Origin: an uncultured Candidatus Saccharibacteria bacterium
GTDB lineage: Bacteria > Patescibacteriota > Doudnabacteria > UBA920
Direction: 5' to 3'
Assembly (NCBI GenBank): GCA_964474825.1
Contig: CAYYWQ010000001.1
Coordinates: 229,609 to 293,608, forward strand
Length of the DNA: 64,000 nucleotides
Made by a program: the position numbers and the translations under genes. Positions 47,440 to 57,353 of the stretch are shown here, in pieces. Each line of letters starts with the position of its first letter. Position 1 is the stretch's first letter. Below the pieces are notes generated by a model. The model was not told where the DNA came from. It did not search any database and saw only the letters and a list, made by a program, of their open reading frames with translations.

Positions 47440-48495
47440 ATGAAAAAAAACAAAATCATTGTGCTTGTGCTAGCTTTAAGTTTACTAGCCGTGGGTTGTG
47501 ACCCGTTCAGCTCTCCGGTGTCTGCCGGAGTTGTTAAAACAGTCAATGGCGGCTCGGACTGGCAATTTAGCAACCTCTTAAAAGGCGGTGGTGGAAATTT
47601 GAGCCAATCCAATATTACCAAACTGGCTTTTGACCCCCAAAACCGCGAAGTCGTGTATGCTGGAAGCAGTACAGACGGACTTTTTAAATCGGAAGACTCT
47701 GGCGCCAGCTGGACGAGGGTGCTTTCCAAAATTTCTGTTAATGATTTTGTGGTTAGTCCCACGGATTCCAAAACAATTTTTGTTGCCGGAATTTTTAGCG
47801 GCCAAGGCAAGGTTTTAAAAACAACGGACGGCGGTGCCAGCTGGCAGGAAGTTTACAACGAAGCAACGGCAAGCAACGCCGTGCGCGCCATAGACATTAA
47901 CCCTGCTTCCGTAACGCAGGTTATAATTGGCACGGCGTCTGGTAACTTAATTAAAAGCGCGGATGGCGGGCTAAGTTGGCAACTGGCGGTAAATTTTAAC
48001 GACCAAATTAACCAAATAATATGGCGTCCGAGCGGAATTTACATTTTACTTAACACCAAAGGCTTACAGCGGGGCACAAACGCCGCAACAGATTTTCAGG
48101 TACTTACGGCCAACGCGATAAAAGCCCCGGCAGAGTTTGTTTGGAATACCCCGCCGGCTACTTTTAACCAGGCTTATGTGGATTCCGTGTCTTCCAGCTT
48201 GTTCTATGTTACTACCAACCGCGGGCTTTATAAGAGCACGGACGGCGGTAAAACTTGGGTGGATTTGCCCCTGCCAATAAAACAAATTGACAGCAACCCC
48301 AGGCCCATAAGCGTTGCCCAAACTAGCAGTAATGTGGTATTTACCGCAGTTGGCGCGGTAATTTACAAGTCCACTAACGGCGGCAGTACCTGGCAAACCC
48401 AGACTGTTGCCACGACCGGCTTTATAGACTATATTTTAATAGACCCGCAGTTGCCGCAAATAGACTACGCGGGAACTTATATGCCGGCGCAATAG
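47440..48495 (+). CDS. BNR/Ycf48-like repeat lipoprotein
   Basis: lipobox LLAVGC; repeated S-x-D-G-G-x-S/T-W BNR motifs (TDGGASWQE, ADGGLSWQL, TDGGKTWVD, TNGGSTWQT). Confidence 0.65.
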   Translation: MKKNKIIVLVLALSLLAVGCDPFSSPVSAGVVKTVNGGSDWQFSNLLKGGGGNLSQSNITKLAFDPQNREVVYAGSSTDGLFKSEDSGASWTRVLSKISVNDFVVSPTDSKTIFVAGIFSGQGKVLKTTDGGASWQEVYNEATASNAVRAIDINPASVTQVIIGTASGNLIKSADGGLSWQLAVNFNDQINQIIWRPSGIYILLNTKGLQRGTNAATDFQVLTANAIKAPAEFVWNTPPATFNQAYVDSVSSSLFYVTTNRGLYKSTDGGKTWVDLPLPIKQIDSNPRPISVAQTSSNVVFTAVGAVIYKSTNGGSTWQTQTVATTGFIDYILIDPQLPQIDYAGTYMPAQ

Positions 48496-48572
48496 TAATT
48501 TTATCTACTAAATACGCTACAGTCATGCGATGTGGCGTACTGTCGGATGACAGGACAAAAGTAATTAAAAAT

Positions 48573-49130
48573 ATGATCGATCAAATCCTCAACATACACA
48601 AACCAAATTTTGAAAAGGCACTAGAACATTTTTTACACGAACTTTCCGGGGTGCGCACCGGCCGGGCCAACCCGGCGCTTTTAAATACCGTAACTGTGGA
48701 AAGTTACGGCAGTAAAATGCCAATTGAACATGTTGCCTCTGTTACTGTGAGCGATGCCAAAACTTTGGTAATTTCACCCTGGGACAAAAGCCAAATGCAG
48801 GCCATTGAAAAAGGCATCCAGGCCGCGAATTTGGGTTTTAACCCTTCAAGTGACGGGAATGTCATTCGCATTATTTTGCCTTCGCTCAACGAAGAGCGCA
48901 GAAAAGAAATGGTTAAGCTGGTTGGGCAAATAGCGGAGAACGGAAAAATCGGCATCCGCAACGCGCGGGAAACAACCCATAAAGAAATGAAGAAAGCAGA
49001 GGCCGATGGAAAAATAAGTAAAGATGATTTACAAGTCGGACAAAAAAAGCTCCAGGAAGTGGTAGATAAATACAACGAAGAAATTAAGAAGCATGCGGAA
49101 GCAAAAGAGAAAGAAGTGATGACAGTCTAG
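48573..49130 (+). CDS. frr: ribosome recycling factor
   Basis: LSGVRTGRANPALLNTVTVESYGS and full-length collinearity with RRF. Confidence 0.9.
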   Translation: MIDQILNIHKPNFEKALEHFLHELSGVRTGRANPALLNTVTVESYGSKMPIEHVASVTVSDAKTLVISPWDKSQMQAIEKGIQAANLGFNPSSDGNVIRIILPSLNEERRKEMVKLVGQIAENGKIGIRNARETTHKEMKKAEADGKISKDDLQVGQKKLQEVVDKYNEEIKKHAEAKEKEVMTV

Positions 49131-49139
49131 TAATTTACT

Positions 49140-49874
49140 ATGAGCATTCCTTTTGGAGAAAAATTATTCGGGAAATATGGCGAGCCGCCAGGACGGGAAA
49201 AGAGGATGTTTTTGAACGCAATTGCGTCGGAAAATTCAGATTCCGATGCTAAAGTTAACCTTATGGCCGCGTATTGGTATACAGTGGATTCGTTGAGGGC
49301 TTTTAACGAAGTTTTCTCCGACAATGACAAGGCTGCAAAATTTAAACAATTGGAAATTTTGGGCGCTGAATTGGAAAAAAAAGGATCTAAGCCTTTTTCA
49401 GAAAACGAAAGGGATGCGATCATTCTTTTGTTGGAAAAAATTGAAAGTGATTTTTTTAAGGTCTTCATGGGAATTAAGAACCTTGTAGAAGCATGGACAA
49501 AAAATCAAGACACTCAGCCCATATCTTTTCAAGAGTTTATTCAAAAAAACGACCAGATAAAAGAATTGGTCAATTCTTTAGCGGCGAAGTTAGCTAGAAT
49601 AGAGGGTTACGGAAAGTATTTAGATGCCATTCGCAATAACTTTGAGCTTTTAGACCAGGCTTTAAATACTGTCCCCCCAAATTACGATGAAATTTTAAAA
49701 CATAAAATTGTGATGAACAAGACTTCTCCCGGAGGAGAATCATATAACAGGCAGCAAAATAAGATAAAAGAAGCAGGGTCTGTTTATTTTAAAGGTATTC
49801 CGGAAGCAACTTTAAAACTGGCTGACAGTCTCGCAGAACTTCGTTTTGTACTACGAATTGGAGAAGAAAGGTAA
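49140..49874 (+). CDS. hypothetical cytoplasmic protein
   Basis: ORF with good coding periodicity, no motif recognised. Confidence 0.5.
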   Translation: MSIPFGEKLFGKYGEPPGREKRMFLNAIASENSDSDAKVNLMAAYWYTVDSLRAFNEVFSDNDKAAKFKQLEILGAELEKKGSKPFSENERDAIILLLEKIESDFFKVFMGIKNLVEAWTKNQDTQPISFQEFIQKNDQIKELVNSLAAKLARIEGYGKYLDAIRNNFELLDQALNTVPPNYDEILKHKIVMNKTSPGGESYNRQQNKIKEAGSVYFKGIPEATLKLADSLAELRFVLRIGEER

Positions 49875-49879
49875 AATAA

Positions 49880-51007
49880 ATGATACTAACAATAATAACT
49901 TTTTTAATAATTTTAGGCCTGCTTGTGTTCGTGCACGAGCTGGGGCATTTTGTTGTGGCTAAGAAAAGCGGAATGAAAGTGGACGAGTTTGGGTTTGGTT
50001 TTCCTCCCAGAATGTTTGGCTTGCAGAAAATAGAAGGGAAGTGGAAAATTGTTTGGGGTCATAAGCCACCGTTGGACACTGAAAAGACGGTTTATTCTAT
50101 AAACTGGATCCCTTTAGGCGGATTTGTAAAAATAGTCGGGGAAAATAACGAACAACAAGACGACCCGCGCTCATTCATCAATCGTCCATTTTGGGGCAGG
50201 TTTGCAACTTTGGTGGCCGGTGTTGTCATGAATTTTATTCTAGCCTGGGTGCTTTTATCTGCCGGTTTGGTGAGCGGTTTGCCCGTTGCCATAAATGAGC
50301 TAAGTGATTTGCCGGCGCACGCTCAGTTTAAAGATCCTCACGTTGCCATTTTGGAAGTTTTAGACGACCAGCCCGCGGCTAAAGCCGGGCTAATGCCCGG
50401 GGACACCATATTAACTATTGACGGCCAATTTTTTCCTATAAGCAGCCAGGCCAGTGATTACATTAAGGAGCATAAGGGCAGTAATTTTGTTTTCGAAGTT
50501 CAGCGGGGCGGTAAAAAACTTTCTGTAAGCGTGCAGTCCAACGCAAACCCTGGTCCCGACCAAGGACCCACGGGCATTGCGCTAGCCAGCGTAGGCAAGC
50601 TTTCTTACCCTTGGTACAGGGTCCCTTATGAAGGACTTAAGGCCACTTTTATTGAAGTCGAAAATATTGGCTCCGGCTTGGTTCAGTTATTTAGCGGACA
50701 CGTTAGCGTAAAAAATTTGGGCGGGCCTGTAAAAATTGCCCAGTTAACCGGCGAAGTCAGACAAATGGGGGTAATTTATTTACTCCAGTTTACCGCCTTT
50801 TTGAGCATAAATTTAGCAATACTAAATATTTTACCGTTCCCGGCCTTAGACGGCGGCCGCGTACTATTTTTAATAATAGAAAAAGTCCGCGGCAAGCGTA
50901 ACAACCAAAAAGTTGAACAGTGGTTTAACGCAATTGGCTTTGTGCTGTTAATTTTGTTAATGGTTTTTGTTACTGCTCACGACATATTTAATATTTTTCA
51001 TAAGTAA
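49880..51007 (+). CDS. rseP: RseP-type site-2 protease (M50 family)
   Basis: HELGHFVVAK (HExxH) in first TM, PDZ domain, C-terminal LDGG motif ALDGGRVLF. Confidence 0.85.
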   Translation: MILTIITFLIILGLLVFVHELGHFVVAKKSGMKVDEFGFGFPPRMFGLQKIEGKWKIVWGHKPPLDTEKTVYSINWIPLGGFVKIVGENNEQQDDPRSFINRPFWGRFATLVAGVVMNFILAWVLLSAGLVSGLPVAINELSDLPAHAQFKDPHVAILEVLDDQPAAKAGLMPGDTILTIDGQFFPISSQASDYIKEHKGSNFVFEVQRGGKKLSVSVQSNANPGPDQGPTGIALASVGKLSYPWYRVPYEGLKATFIEVENIGSGLVQLFSGHVSVKNLGGPVKIAQLTGEVRQMGVIYLLQFTAFLSINLAILNILPFPALDGGRVLFLIIEKVRGKRNNQKVEQWFNAIGFVLLILLMVFVTAHDIFNIFHK

Positions 51008-51017
51008 TAATAAAAAA

Positions 51018-51431
51018 ATGTTACGGGGACGCGAGTCGCGGTTTGAGGGTATTCCAGGAAACAGTATATATGGAGCGGCGAAGGAATTAAGACAAGCAGG
51101 AAAAAGTGTGGATTTGAATGTGGGGGCAAAGGACATGTACGAGGCAGCACAAATTTTGACACCCCTTTGTTCTTCGGTCCTATTTGACCGTAACGTCAGC
51201 GAAGAAATTTTATATGATTCTTTAGGAGTGACAGGGGCTTGGGATTTAAAGCCAGAAGAATTATTGGTAGTAATTGTTACTTTAACCAAGAGTGATGATA
51301 AGTGGAAAGTAAAAGTTGTCAGAACAAATAAGGAGACGAAGGATTTTGTTTCCTTGAAGTTTGTTGGTAAAATGAATTTGGAAAACGCAAAACCTTTTAT
51401 TGCCCCTGAAGATTTAAATGAAAAAATTTAA
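51018..51431 (+). CDS. hypothetical protein
   Basis: ATG at 51018 preferred because longer ORF overlaps rseP. Confidence 0.4.
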   Translation: MLRGRESRFEGIPGNSIYGAAKELRQAGKSVDLNVGAKDMYEAAQILTPLCSSVLFDRNVSEEILYDSLGVTGAWDLKPEELLVVIVTLTKSDDKWKVKVVRTNKETKDFVSLKFVGKMNLENAKPFIAPEDLNEKI

Positions 51432-51434
51432 TTT

Positions 51435-52667
51435 ATGAAACAATCGCAATATTTTTTAAAAACTTCCAAGTCCGCTCCGGCGGACGACATTTCGGTTAAT
51501 GCCAAATTTTTGGAACAGGGCGGGTTTGTTTATAAAAATTCCGCGGGAATTTATACTCACTTGCCTTTGGGCTGGCGGGTAATGCAAAAAATCGCGCAAA
51601 TTATCCGCGAAGAAATGAACGCCATTTCCGGGCAGGAAATGTTTATGCCTGCAATGCACGACAAGCATTACCTAAAAGCCAGTGGCCGCTGGGACGTAGA
51701 CGTGGTCTTTAAAGTTTTTGAAGGAGCGGGCAAAGATCCGCAGTTTAACATTAGCTGGACGCATGAGGAAATTATTGCGGAAATTGCTTCCAAGTCCGTT
51801 AACTCCTATAAAGATTTGCCTTTTGCAATTTATCAAATTCAGACCAAGTTCCGCAACGAACCAAGGGCAAAGTCGGGCTTACTCCGCGGCCGTGAATTTA
51901 TGATGAAAGATTTATACAGCTTCCATGCCAGCGAAGAAGATTTATGGAAGTATTACGCGCAGGTAGGGGAGGCATACACAAAAGTTTTTGAACGCTGCGG
52001 CCTTAAGGCATATTACACCCTGGCTCCGGGCGGCGAATTTACCGTAAGCAACACGCACGAGTTTCAGGTAGTATCAGACGTCGGTGAAGACACGATTTTG
52101 GTCTGTGAAAAATGCGGTTATGCTGAAAACACGGAAGTCTCTAAGTTAAAAGCAGGGGACAAGTGTCCAAAATGCGAAGGTGTTATTTCAGAAAAAAAAT
52201 CAATAGAAGTTGGCAATATTTTTCCGCTGGGAACCAAATATTCCGAAGCCTTTAACTTAAAATTCACTGACGACAAAGGCGAAAAGCATTTTGTGGTTAT
52301 GGGTTCTTACGGTATTGGGTTGGGTCGCGTTATGGGAACAGCCGTGGAAGTCTATCATGACGACAAAGGTATTATTTGGCCGGAATCCATAGCTCCCTTT
52401 AAAGTTCATTTACTTTCTTTAAAAGGCGGAGAAGAGAAAGCCGAGGAAATTTATAAACAATTGCTTGATAGCGGTGTTGAAGTGCTGTATGATGACAGAG
52501 AAGCAAGCGCAGGAGTAAAATTTGCAGACAGCGATTTAATAGGAATTCCCTGGAGAATTCTTGTCTCCTCAAAAACTTTGGCTCAGGACAGCGTGGAAGT
52601 AAAAAAACGATCAGAAACAGAAGCAAAATTAGTTAAAATTTCAGATTTAACTAGACATCTATCTTAA
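51435..52667 (+). CDS. proS: prolyl-tRNA synthetase, short form lacking INS editing domain, with Cys4 zinc-ribbon insert
   Basis: class II motifs; QIQTKFRNEPRAKSGLLRGREFMMKD (motif 2), CEKCGYAE...CPKCEG insert, C-terminal anticodon-binding domain. Confidence 0.8.
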   Translation: MKQSQYFLKTSKSAPADDISVNAKFLEQGGFVYKNSAGIYTHLPLGWRVMQKIAQIIREEMNAISGQEMFMPAMHDKHYLKASGRWDVDVVFKVFEGAGKDPQFNISWTHEEIIAEIASKSVNSYKDLPFAIYQIQTKFRNEPRAKSGLLRGREFMMKDLYSFHASEEDLWKYYAQVGEAYTKVFERCGLKAYYTLAPGGEFTVSNTHEFQVVSDVGEDTILVCEKCGYAENTEVSKLKAGDKCPKCEGVISEKKSIEVGNIFPLGTKYSEAFNLKFTDDKGEKHFVVMGSYGIGLGRVMGTAVEVYHDDKGIIWPESIAPFKVHLLSLKGGEEKAEEIYKQLLDSGVEVLYDDREASAGVKFADSDLIGIPWRILVSSKTLAQDSVEVKKRSETEAKLVKISDLTRHLS

Positions 52668-52712
52668 TTTTTGCCAGCTAAAATCAAAAGGGTTAAAACA
52701 AACAATATCCTA

Positions 52713-52784
52713 ATATCAATAAATATCACAATATCTTAAAATGATATTGATAGATGTTGAGATATTAGGATATTTTCTACAAAA
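52713..52784. repeat. 72-bp AT-rich imperfect palindrome upstream of mreB
   Basis: aatatcctaatatc (52713-52726) / gatattaggatatt (52771-52784) plus nested atcaata/tattgat and aatatca/tgatatt arms. Confidence 0.45.
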
Positions 52785-52799
52785 CAAATTAGTACTTTC

Positions 52800-53852
52800 A
52801 TGTTTAGAAAATTTTATCAAAAGTTCAGTAAAGACATCGGCATAGATTTAGGAACAGCCAACACCTTGGTGTATGTTAAAGGCAAAGGTATTGCCATTAA
52901 CGAACCGAGTGTGGTGGCTATTAACCAACGCACCAAACAAATTTTGGCAATTGGGAGTGAAGCCCGTAAAATGGTGGGGCGTACGCCGCCACATATTGTG
53001 GCAACAAGGCCTTTGGTGGACGGCGTTATTTCTGACTTTGAGGTCACTGAAGCAATGCTTCGGTATTTTATAGACAAAGTTCATGTGCAGACCATGGCGT
53101 TTTTGCGGCGTCCCCGCGTAGTTATTGGTATACCCTCCGGAGTTACGGAAGTGGAAAAACGCGCTGTTGTGGACGCGGCTTTAAACGCCGGGGCCAGCGA
53201 AGCTTATTTAATTGAGGAGCCTATGGCCGCTGCTATTGGCGCGAGATTGCCTGTGCAGGAAGCAGCGGGCAGTATGATAGTAGACATAGGGGGCGGTACC
53301 GCGGAAATAGCGGTTATTTCTTTGGGCGGTATTGTGATTTCCAAATCTTTGCGTGTTGCCGGCGATGAAATGAACCAGAATATTATGCAATACGCCCGCG
53401 ACAATTTTAATTTGCTGTTGGGTGAGCGCACTGCCGAAGAAGTAAAAATTAAAATCGGCAGCGCATACGAACTGGAGCAGCCTCTTTACGCCCAAATGCG
53501 GGGACGCGATTTAGTTACGGGGCTTCCAAAGGAAGTAACTATTTCCGACACCCAAGTGCGGGAAGCTCTAATGCAAAGCCTTCGGCTCATTGTAAACAAT
53601 ATAAAAAATGTTATAGAAGAAATTCCACCGGAATTAATTTCCGACATTTTAGACAAGGGGATAATTTTAGCGGGTGGGGGAGCGCTGCTGCGCGGTTTGG
53701 ACAAGCTGGTTAAAGAAGCTACCAAAATGCCCGTGCATGTGGCTGAAGACCCGTTAACCTGTGTGGTCCGCGGTACAGGTATTGTGGTGGAAGATTTGGA
53801 AATTTTGCGCGATGTTTTGGTGCCTACGGAGTTTGGGAGAATCCCAAAATAA
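52800..53852 (+). CDS. mreB: rod shape-determining protein MreB
   Basis: DIGIDLGTANTLVYV phosphate-1, actin-fold motifs throughout. Confidence 0.9.
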   Translation: MFRKFYQKFSKDIGIDLGTANTLVYVKGKGIAINEPSVVAINQRTKQILAIGSEARKMVGRTPPHIVATRPLVDGVISDFEVTEAMLRYFIDKVHVQTMAFLRRPRVVIGIPSGVTEVEKRAVVDAALNAGASEAYLIEEPMAAAIGARLPVQEAAGSMIVDIGGGTAEIAVISLGGIVISKSLRVAGDEMNQNIMQYARDNFNLLLGERTAEEVKIKIGSAYELEQPLYAQMRGRDLVTGLPKEVTISDTQVREALMQSLRLIVNNIKNVIEEIPPELISDILDKGIILAGGGALLRGLDKLVKEATKMPVHVAEDPLTCVVRGTGIVVEDLEILRDVLVPTEFGRIPK

Positions 53853-53892
53853 ACATCTGGTCAGCTTATAAGCTTATCAGCCGATCAGCTTT

Positions 53893-54693
53893 ATGAGATT
53901 TATTTATACAAAAACTTTTGCAGCCTTTGCGGCTAGTTTGACAATTATTGTCTTACTGGCTTTTATGCAATCTAAGGGCTGGCTTAACACGGTGGAACAG
54001 GGGTTTTTGCAGGCGCCCCGACCTGTCGCCGCTTTTAGTCGCGCCTTGGCTCGTCCTTTTAAGAATTTTTTTACAACGATTTATGATTTAAGAAAAATTT
54101 CCAAGGACAATAAAGCTTTAAACGACCGGCTTGTGGAGTTGTCGCAGCAAACAGCCGACTATGACCAGCTTAAACGGGAAAACCAGGCACTCCGTCAGGA
54201 GTTGGGTTTTATAGAAACAGTAAAATTTTCTTTAGTTCCGTGTACTGTATTGTCACAAAACCCTTTTGGTTTAACCGACACTTTGGTGCTTAATTGCGGC
54301 AAAAATCAGGGAATTAAAGAGGGGCAGGCGGTCTTGTCACAGGGGTACTTGGTGGCAAAAATTGTCTTTGTCGGCAAAGACAACAGCACTGCGCTTTTAG
54401 CCACTGATTCCAAATTTTCCGCCGACGCCCAGCTGAGTAAAACCGGGGCCACCGGTTTGGTTAACGGCTCTTTTGGTTCCGGGTTGGTCCTGGACAGGCT
54501 GTCTCAGAATGATCAGATCGACAAAGGCTGGCAGGTTATTACCGCCGGTATTAATGATTTGATCCCAAAAGGAATTTTAATCGGCCAAGTTGGGGATGTA
54601 ATTTCTTCGGGTAATGATTTATTTAAAAAAACCACACTTTTAACTCCCGTGGACTTTTCCGACATAAATTTTGTTTTCGTGGCAAAGCAGTAA
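53893..54693 (+). CDS. mreC: rod shape-determining protein MreC
   Basis: N-terminal TM, coiled coil (LNDRLVELSQQTADYDQLKRENQALRQEL), C-terminal beta domain. Confidence 0.75.
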   Translation: MRFIYTKTFAAFAASLTIIVLLAFMQSKGWLNTVEQGFLQAPRPVAAFSRALARPFKNFFTTIYDLRKISKDNKALNDRLVELSQQTADYDQLKRENQALRQELGFIETVKFSLVPCTVLSQNPFGLTDTLVLNCGKNQGIKEGQAVLSQGYLVAKIVFVGKDNSTALLATDSKFSADAQLSKTGATGLVNGSFGSGLVLDRLSQNDQIDKGWQVITAGINDLIPKGILIGQVGDVISSGNDLFKKTTLLTPVDFSDINFVFVAKQ

Positions 54694-54738
54694 TACATCT
54701 TTGACTTTTGACATGTGACAGTTGACGTTTGCAGTTCC

Positions 54739-54783
54739 GTCAATTGTTAAATGTCAATTGTTAAATGTCAATTGTTAAATGTC
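54739..54783. repeat. 3.2 tandem copies of 14-bp unit GTCAATTGTTAAAT between mreC and mreD
   Basis: perfect copies at 54739-54752, 54753-54766, 54767-54780; upstream TTGAC x3 in inverse orientation. Confidence 0.7.
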
Positions 54784-54788
54784 CTCAA

Positions 54789-55322
54789 ATGAAGTATTTA
54801 ATTTACCTTTTGCTTATTATTGTACTCTGCGGAGTGTCAGTTGGGCTTTCGCCGCTTATAAACATACGCGGCCAAGTTCCGCAGCTGCTTTTTTTACTGG
54901 CCTTTATTTGGTCTTTGGACCGAGCCGGCTGGGATTTTTTATTTGTGGCTTTTATATCGGGTTTATTTTTGGATTTTTATACAGGCAGTTTTGTTGGGAC
55001 GTTTTCCATGCCATTAATAACGGTCTGCTTGGTATTCCATTTTATAATTGAAAATTTTTTGGCTTTGGAATTAAGCCCTAAATTTTTGGCCGCGCTTTTA
55101 CTCCCGGCGCAAATTCTATTTGGTACGGTTTACTTTTTTTACTCCTGGTTGCTTTACAAAATGCATTTATGGCCCATCCTTCCGGACGCTAAAATTTTAG
55201 CGGAAGGCTTTATTATTTCTTTTTTTTATAACCTACTTTTCCTTTATCCTATTTTTTCTCTTACAGATTATGTTCGAATGCTGGTAAGGCGCTATTTTGA
55301 GCGTGAATTTAAAGTTCGCTAA
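54789..55322 (+). CDS. mreD: MreD-like polytopic membrane protein
   Basis: position after mreC, 5 TM helices, ~178 aa. Confidence 0.5.
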   Translation: MKYLIYLLLIIVLCGVSVGLSPLINIRGQVPQLLFLLAFIWSLDRAGWDFLFVAFISGLFLDFYTGSFVGTFSMPLITVCLVFHFIIENFLALELSPKFLAALLLPAQILFGTVYFFYSWLLYKMHLWPILPDAKILAEGFIISFFYNLLFLYPIFSLTDYVRMLVRRYFEREFKVR

Positions 55323-55328
55323 ACTTAT

Positions 55329-57281
55329 ATGATTAAGAGAGACCCATTTGAAGTTTATAATTCGTTGAGCGGTAGCGATAAAAGGCGTCCGCTGGATTGG
55401 GATGAGTCAGCCGCGGATTCGACTTCCGCGGTGGAGGATGTTTACGACAGCGACCGACGCCCCCCTTCCTTGGTTTGGTTGGCCACGGTATTGCTTGGTG
55501 TTTTTGTCGTGCTTGGGGCGCGCCTGTTTTATTTACAAATTATTCAGGGGCAGAGGTTTTATTCGCTGGCGGAGAACAATCGCATAAGGCGCCAAACCAT
55601 TTTAGCGCCACGGGGAAAAATTTTGGACAGCCACGGCAAGGTTTTGGCTGAAAACCGCGCCAATTTTAATTTAGTGGCCGTGCCTTTTGATTTACCCAAA
55701 CAAGGCCTGGAACCGGAAATTACGGAACTTAGTTCCCGGTTTGGGCTTGACGAAAACGCGCTGAGGAAAACTCTTGCGGCGGCGCCAAAGAATTCTCTTG
55801 AGCCAATAATTATAAAATCAAACATGAGCCAGGACGAAAGTTTGTTGTTTGAAACTTTGGCCCAGCAATTTGTTGGTTTTTCTACGCAAAAAATTCCTGT
55901 GCGCGACTACGCTAATGCCGCGGCTTTCTCCCATGTTTTAGGCTATACCGGGCTGGTCGCTACAGGGGATTTAGAAGATATAGATTCTTCTGTCTATGCC
56001 AGCGAGGATTTTATTGGCAAGTTGGGTATTGAGAAGCAATATGAAAAGTATTTGCACGGGGAAAATGGGGAAAATTTGGTGGAAGTTAACGCCTCCGGAA
56101 AAATTTTGGACATTTTAGGGGAAGATCCTTCCGGCCCCGGTAATATTTTGGTTTTAAATATAGACAAAGATTTGCAGGAAATCCTCTACAAGGGTTTGCA
56201 GGAAAACATTGGGTCCAAACGCGGAGCGGCAATTGCCATGGATCCCAGGAACGGAAAAATTTTAGCCTTGGTAAGCAGCCCGGGATTTGACACTAATTTA
56301 TTCGCGCCGGGTATTAGCCAGGCGGATTACCAGGCTTTGCTTTCCGACAAAAACCAACCGTTATTTAACCGCGCGGTTTCCGGCACCTATCCGCCCGGAT
56401 CTACTTCCAAATTAATTACAGCCACGGCCGGGCTTGAGGTGGGAATAATTAATGACAAAACCGTAATAGTGGACAATGGAGTTATTACAGTCCCAAACCA
56501 ATTTGGCGGTCCCAGCTACCAGTTTCGCGGCTGGAAATTAAGTGGCCTGGGACCCATGACTGTGCGCAGCGCAATTGCCCAGAGCAGCGACATATTTTTT
56601 TATGAGGTGGCCGGCGGTCCCCCTAATGGCGCTTGGCCCGGCCTTGGGCCCGACAGGTTGGCGGATTTTTTTAGGAAATTCGGTTTAGGGAAACCTTTGG
56701 GTATAGACGTAGGCGGAGAAAAACCGGGACTGGTCCCGGACCCGGCCTGGAAAATGGAATATTTCAAAAACGATCCTTTAGCCGGCAAATGGTATTTGGG
56801 AGACACTTACCATATTGGTATTGGCCAGGGGGACTTGTTGGTCACGCCGCTGCAGGTGGCACAATGGACTGCCGTGGTTGCCAACGGGGGAATTGGTTTT
56901 GTTCCTCAAATCGGCCAAAAGGTTATGGACCAAAATGGCAAAGTCTTGTGGGAAAGCCAGCCAAAAGTTTTGCTTAAAGACATAGCCTCGCCGGCCAACA
57001 TTAAAATTGTCCAGGAAGGCATGCGCCAAACAGTTTTAAGCGGAACCGCCAGGGCTTTGAACAAACTTAATATTTCTTCGGCAGGTAAAACCGGAACTTC
57101 ACAATTTGACGGCAGTAATCCGCTGCGCACCCACGCCTGGTTTACGGCCTATTCGCCGTACGAAGATCCGCAAATTGTCATTACTGTTCTTGTGGAAGCC
57201 GGCGGTGAAGGTAATGCCGCGGCTGAACCCATTGCCGAAAAAGCTTTAAAGTGGTGGGCGGAAAACAGGTATAACAAATAG
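55329..57281 (+). CDS. mrdA: penicillin-binding protein 2 (peptidoglycan D,D-transpeptidase)
   Basis: SxxK GSTSK, SxN SSD, KTG KTGTSQ; N-terminal TM + dimerisation domain. Confidence 0.85.
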   Translation: MIKRDPFEVYNSLSGSDKRRPLDWDESAADSTSAVEDVYDSDRRPPSLVWLATVLLGVFVVLGARLFYLQIIQGQRFYSLAENNRIRRQTILAPRGKILDSHGKVLAENRANFNLVAVPFDLPKQGLEPEITELSSRFGLDENALRKTLAAAPKNSLEPIIIKSNMSQDESLLFETLAQQFVGFSTQKIPVRDYANAAAFSHVLGYTGLVATGDLEDIDSSVYASEDFIGKLGIEKQYEKYLHGENGENLVEVNASGKILDILGEDPSGPGNILVLNIDKDLQEILYKGLQENIGSKRGAAIAMDPRNGKILALVSSPGFDTNLFAPGISQADYQALLSDKNQPLFNRAVSGTYPPGSTSKLITATAGLEVGIINDKTVIVDNGVITVPNQFGGPSYQFRGWKLSGLGPMTVRSAIAQSSDIFFYEVAGGPPNGAWPGLGPDRLADFFRKFGLGKPLGIDVGGEKPGLVPDPAWKMEYFKNDPLAGKWYLGDTYHIGIGQGDLLVTPLQVAQWTAVVANGGIGFVPQIGQKVMDQNGKVLWESQPKVLLKDIASPANIKIVQEGMRQTVLSGTARALNKLNISSAGKTGTSQFDGSNPLRTHAWFTAYSPYEDPQIVITVLVEAGGEGNAAAEPIAEKALKWWAENRYNK

Positions 57282-57353
57282 CAAAAATTTTTGTATTGTG
57301 TTCGTATTTGTGCGCACAATGCCAAATGCGTTATACTAAATACACAATACCCT

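Noticed and set aside
54739-54783. Possible CRISPR array (tandem repeats)
   Set aside because: Only 3 directly abutting 14-bp units with no spacers. Far too short and spacer-less for CRISPR. No cas genes in window.
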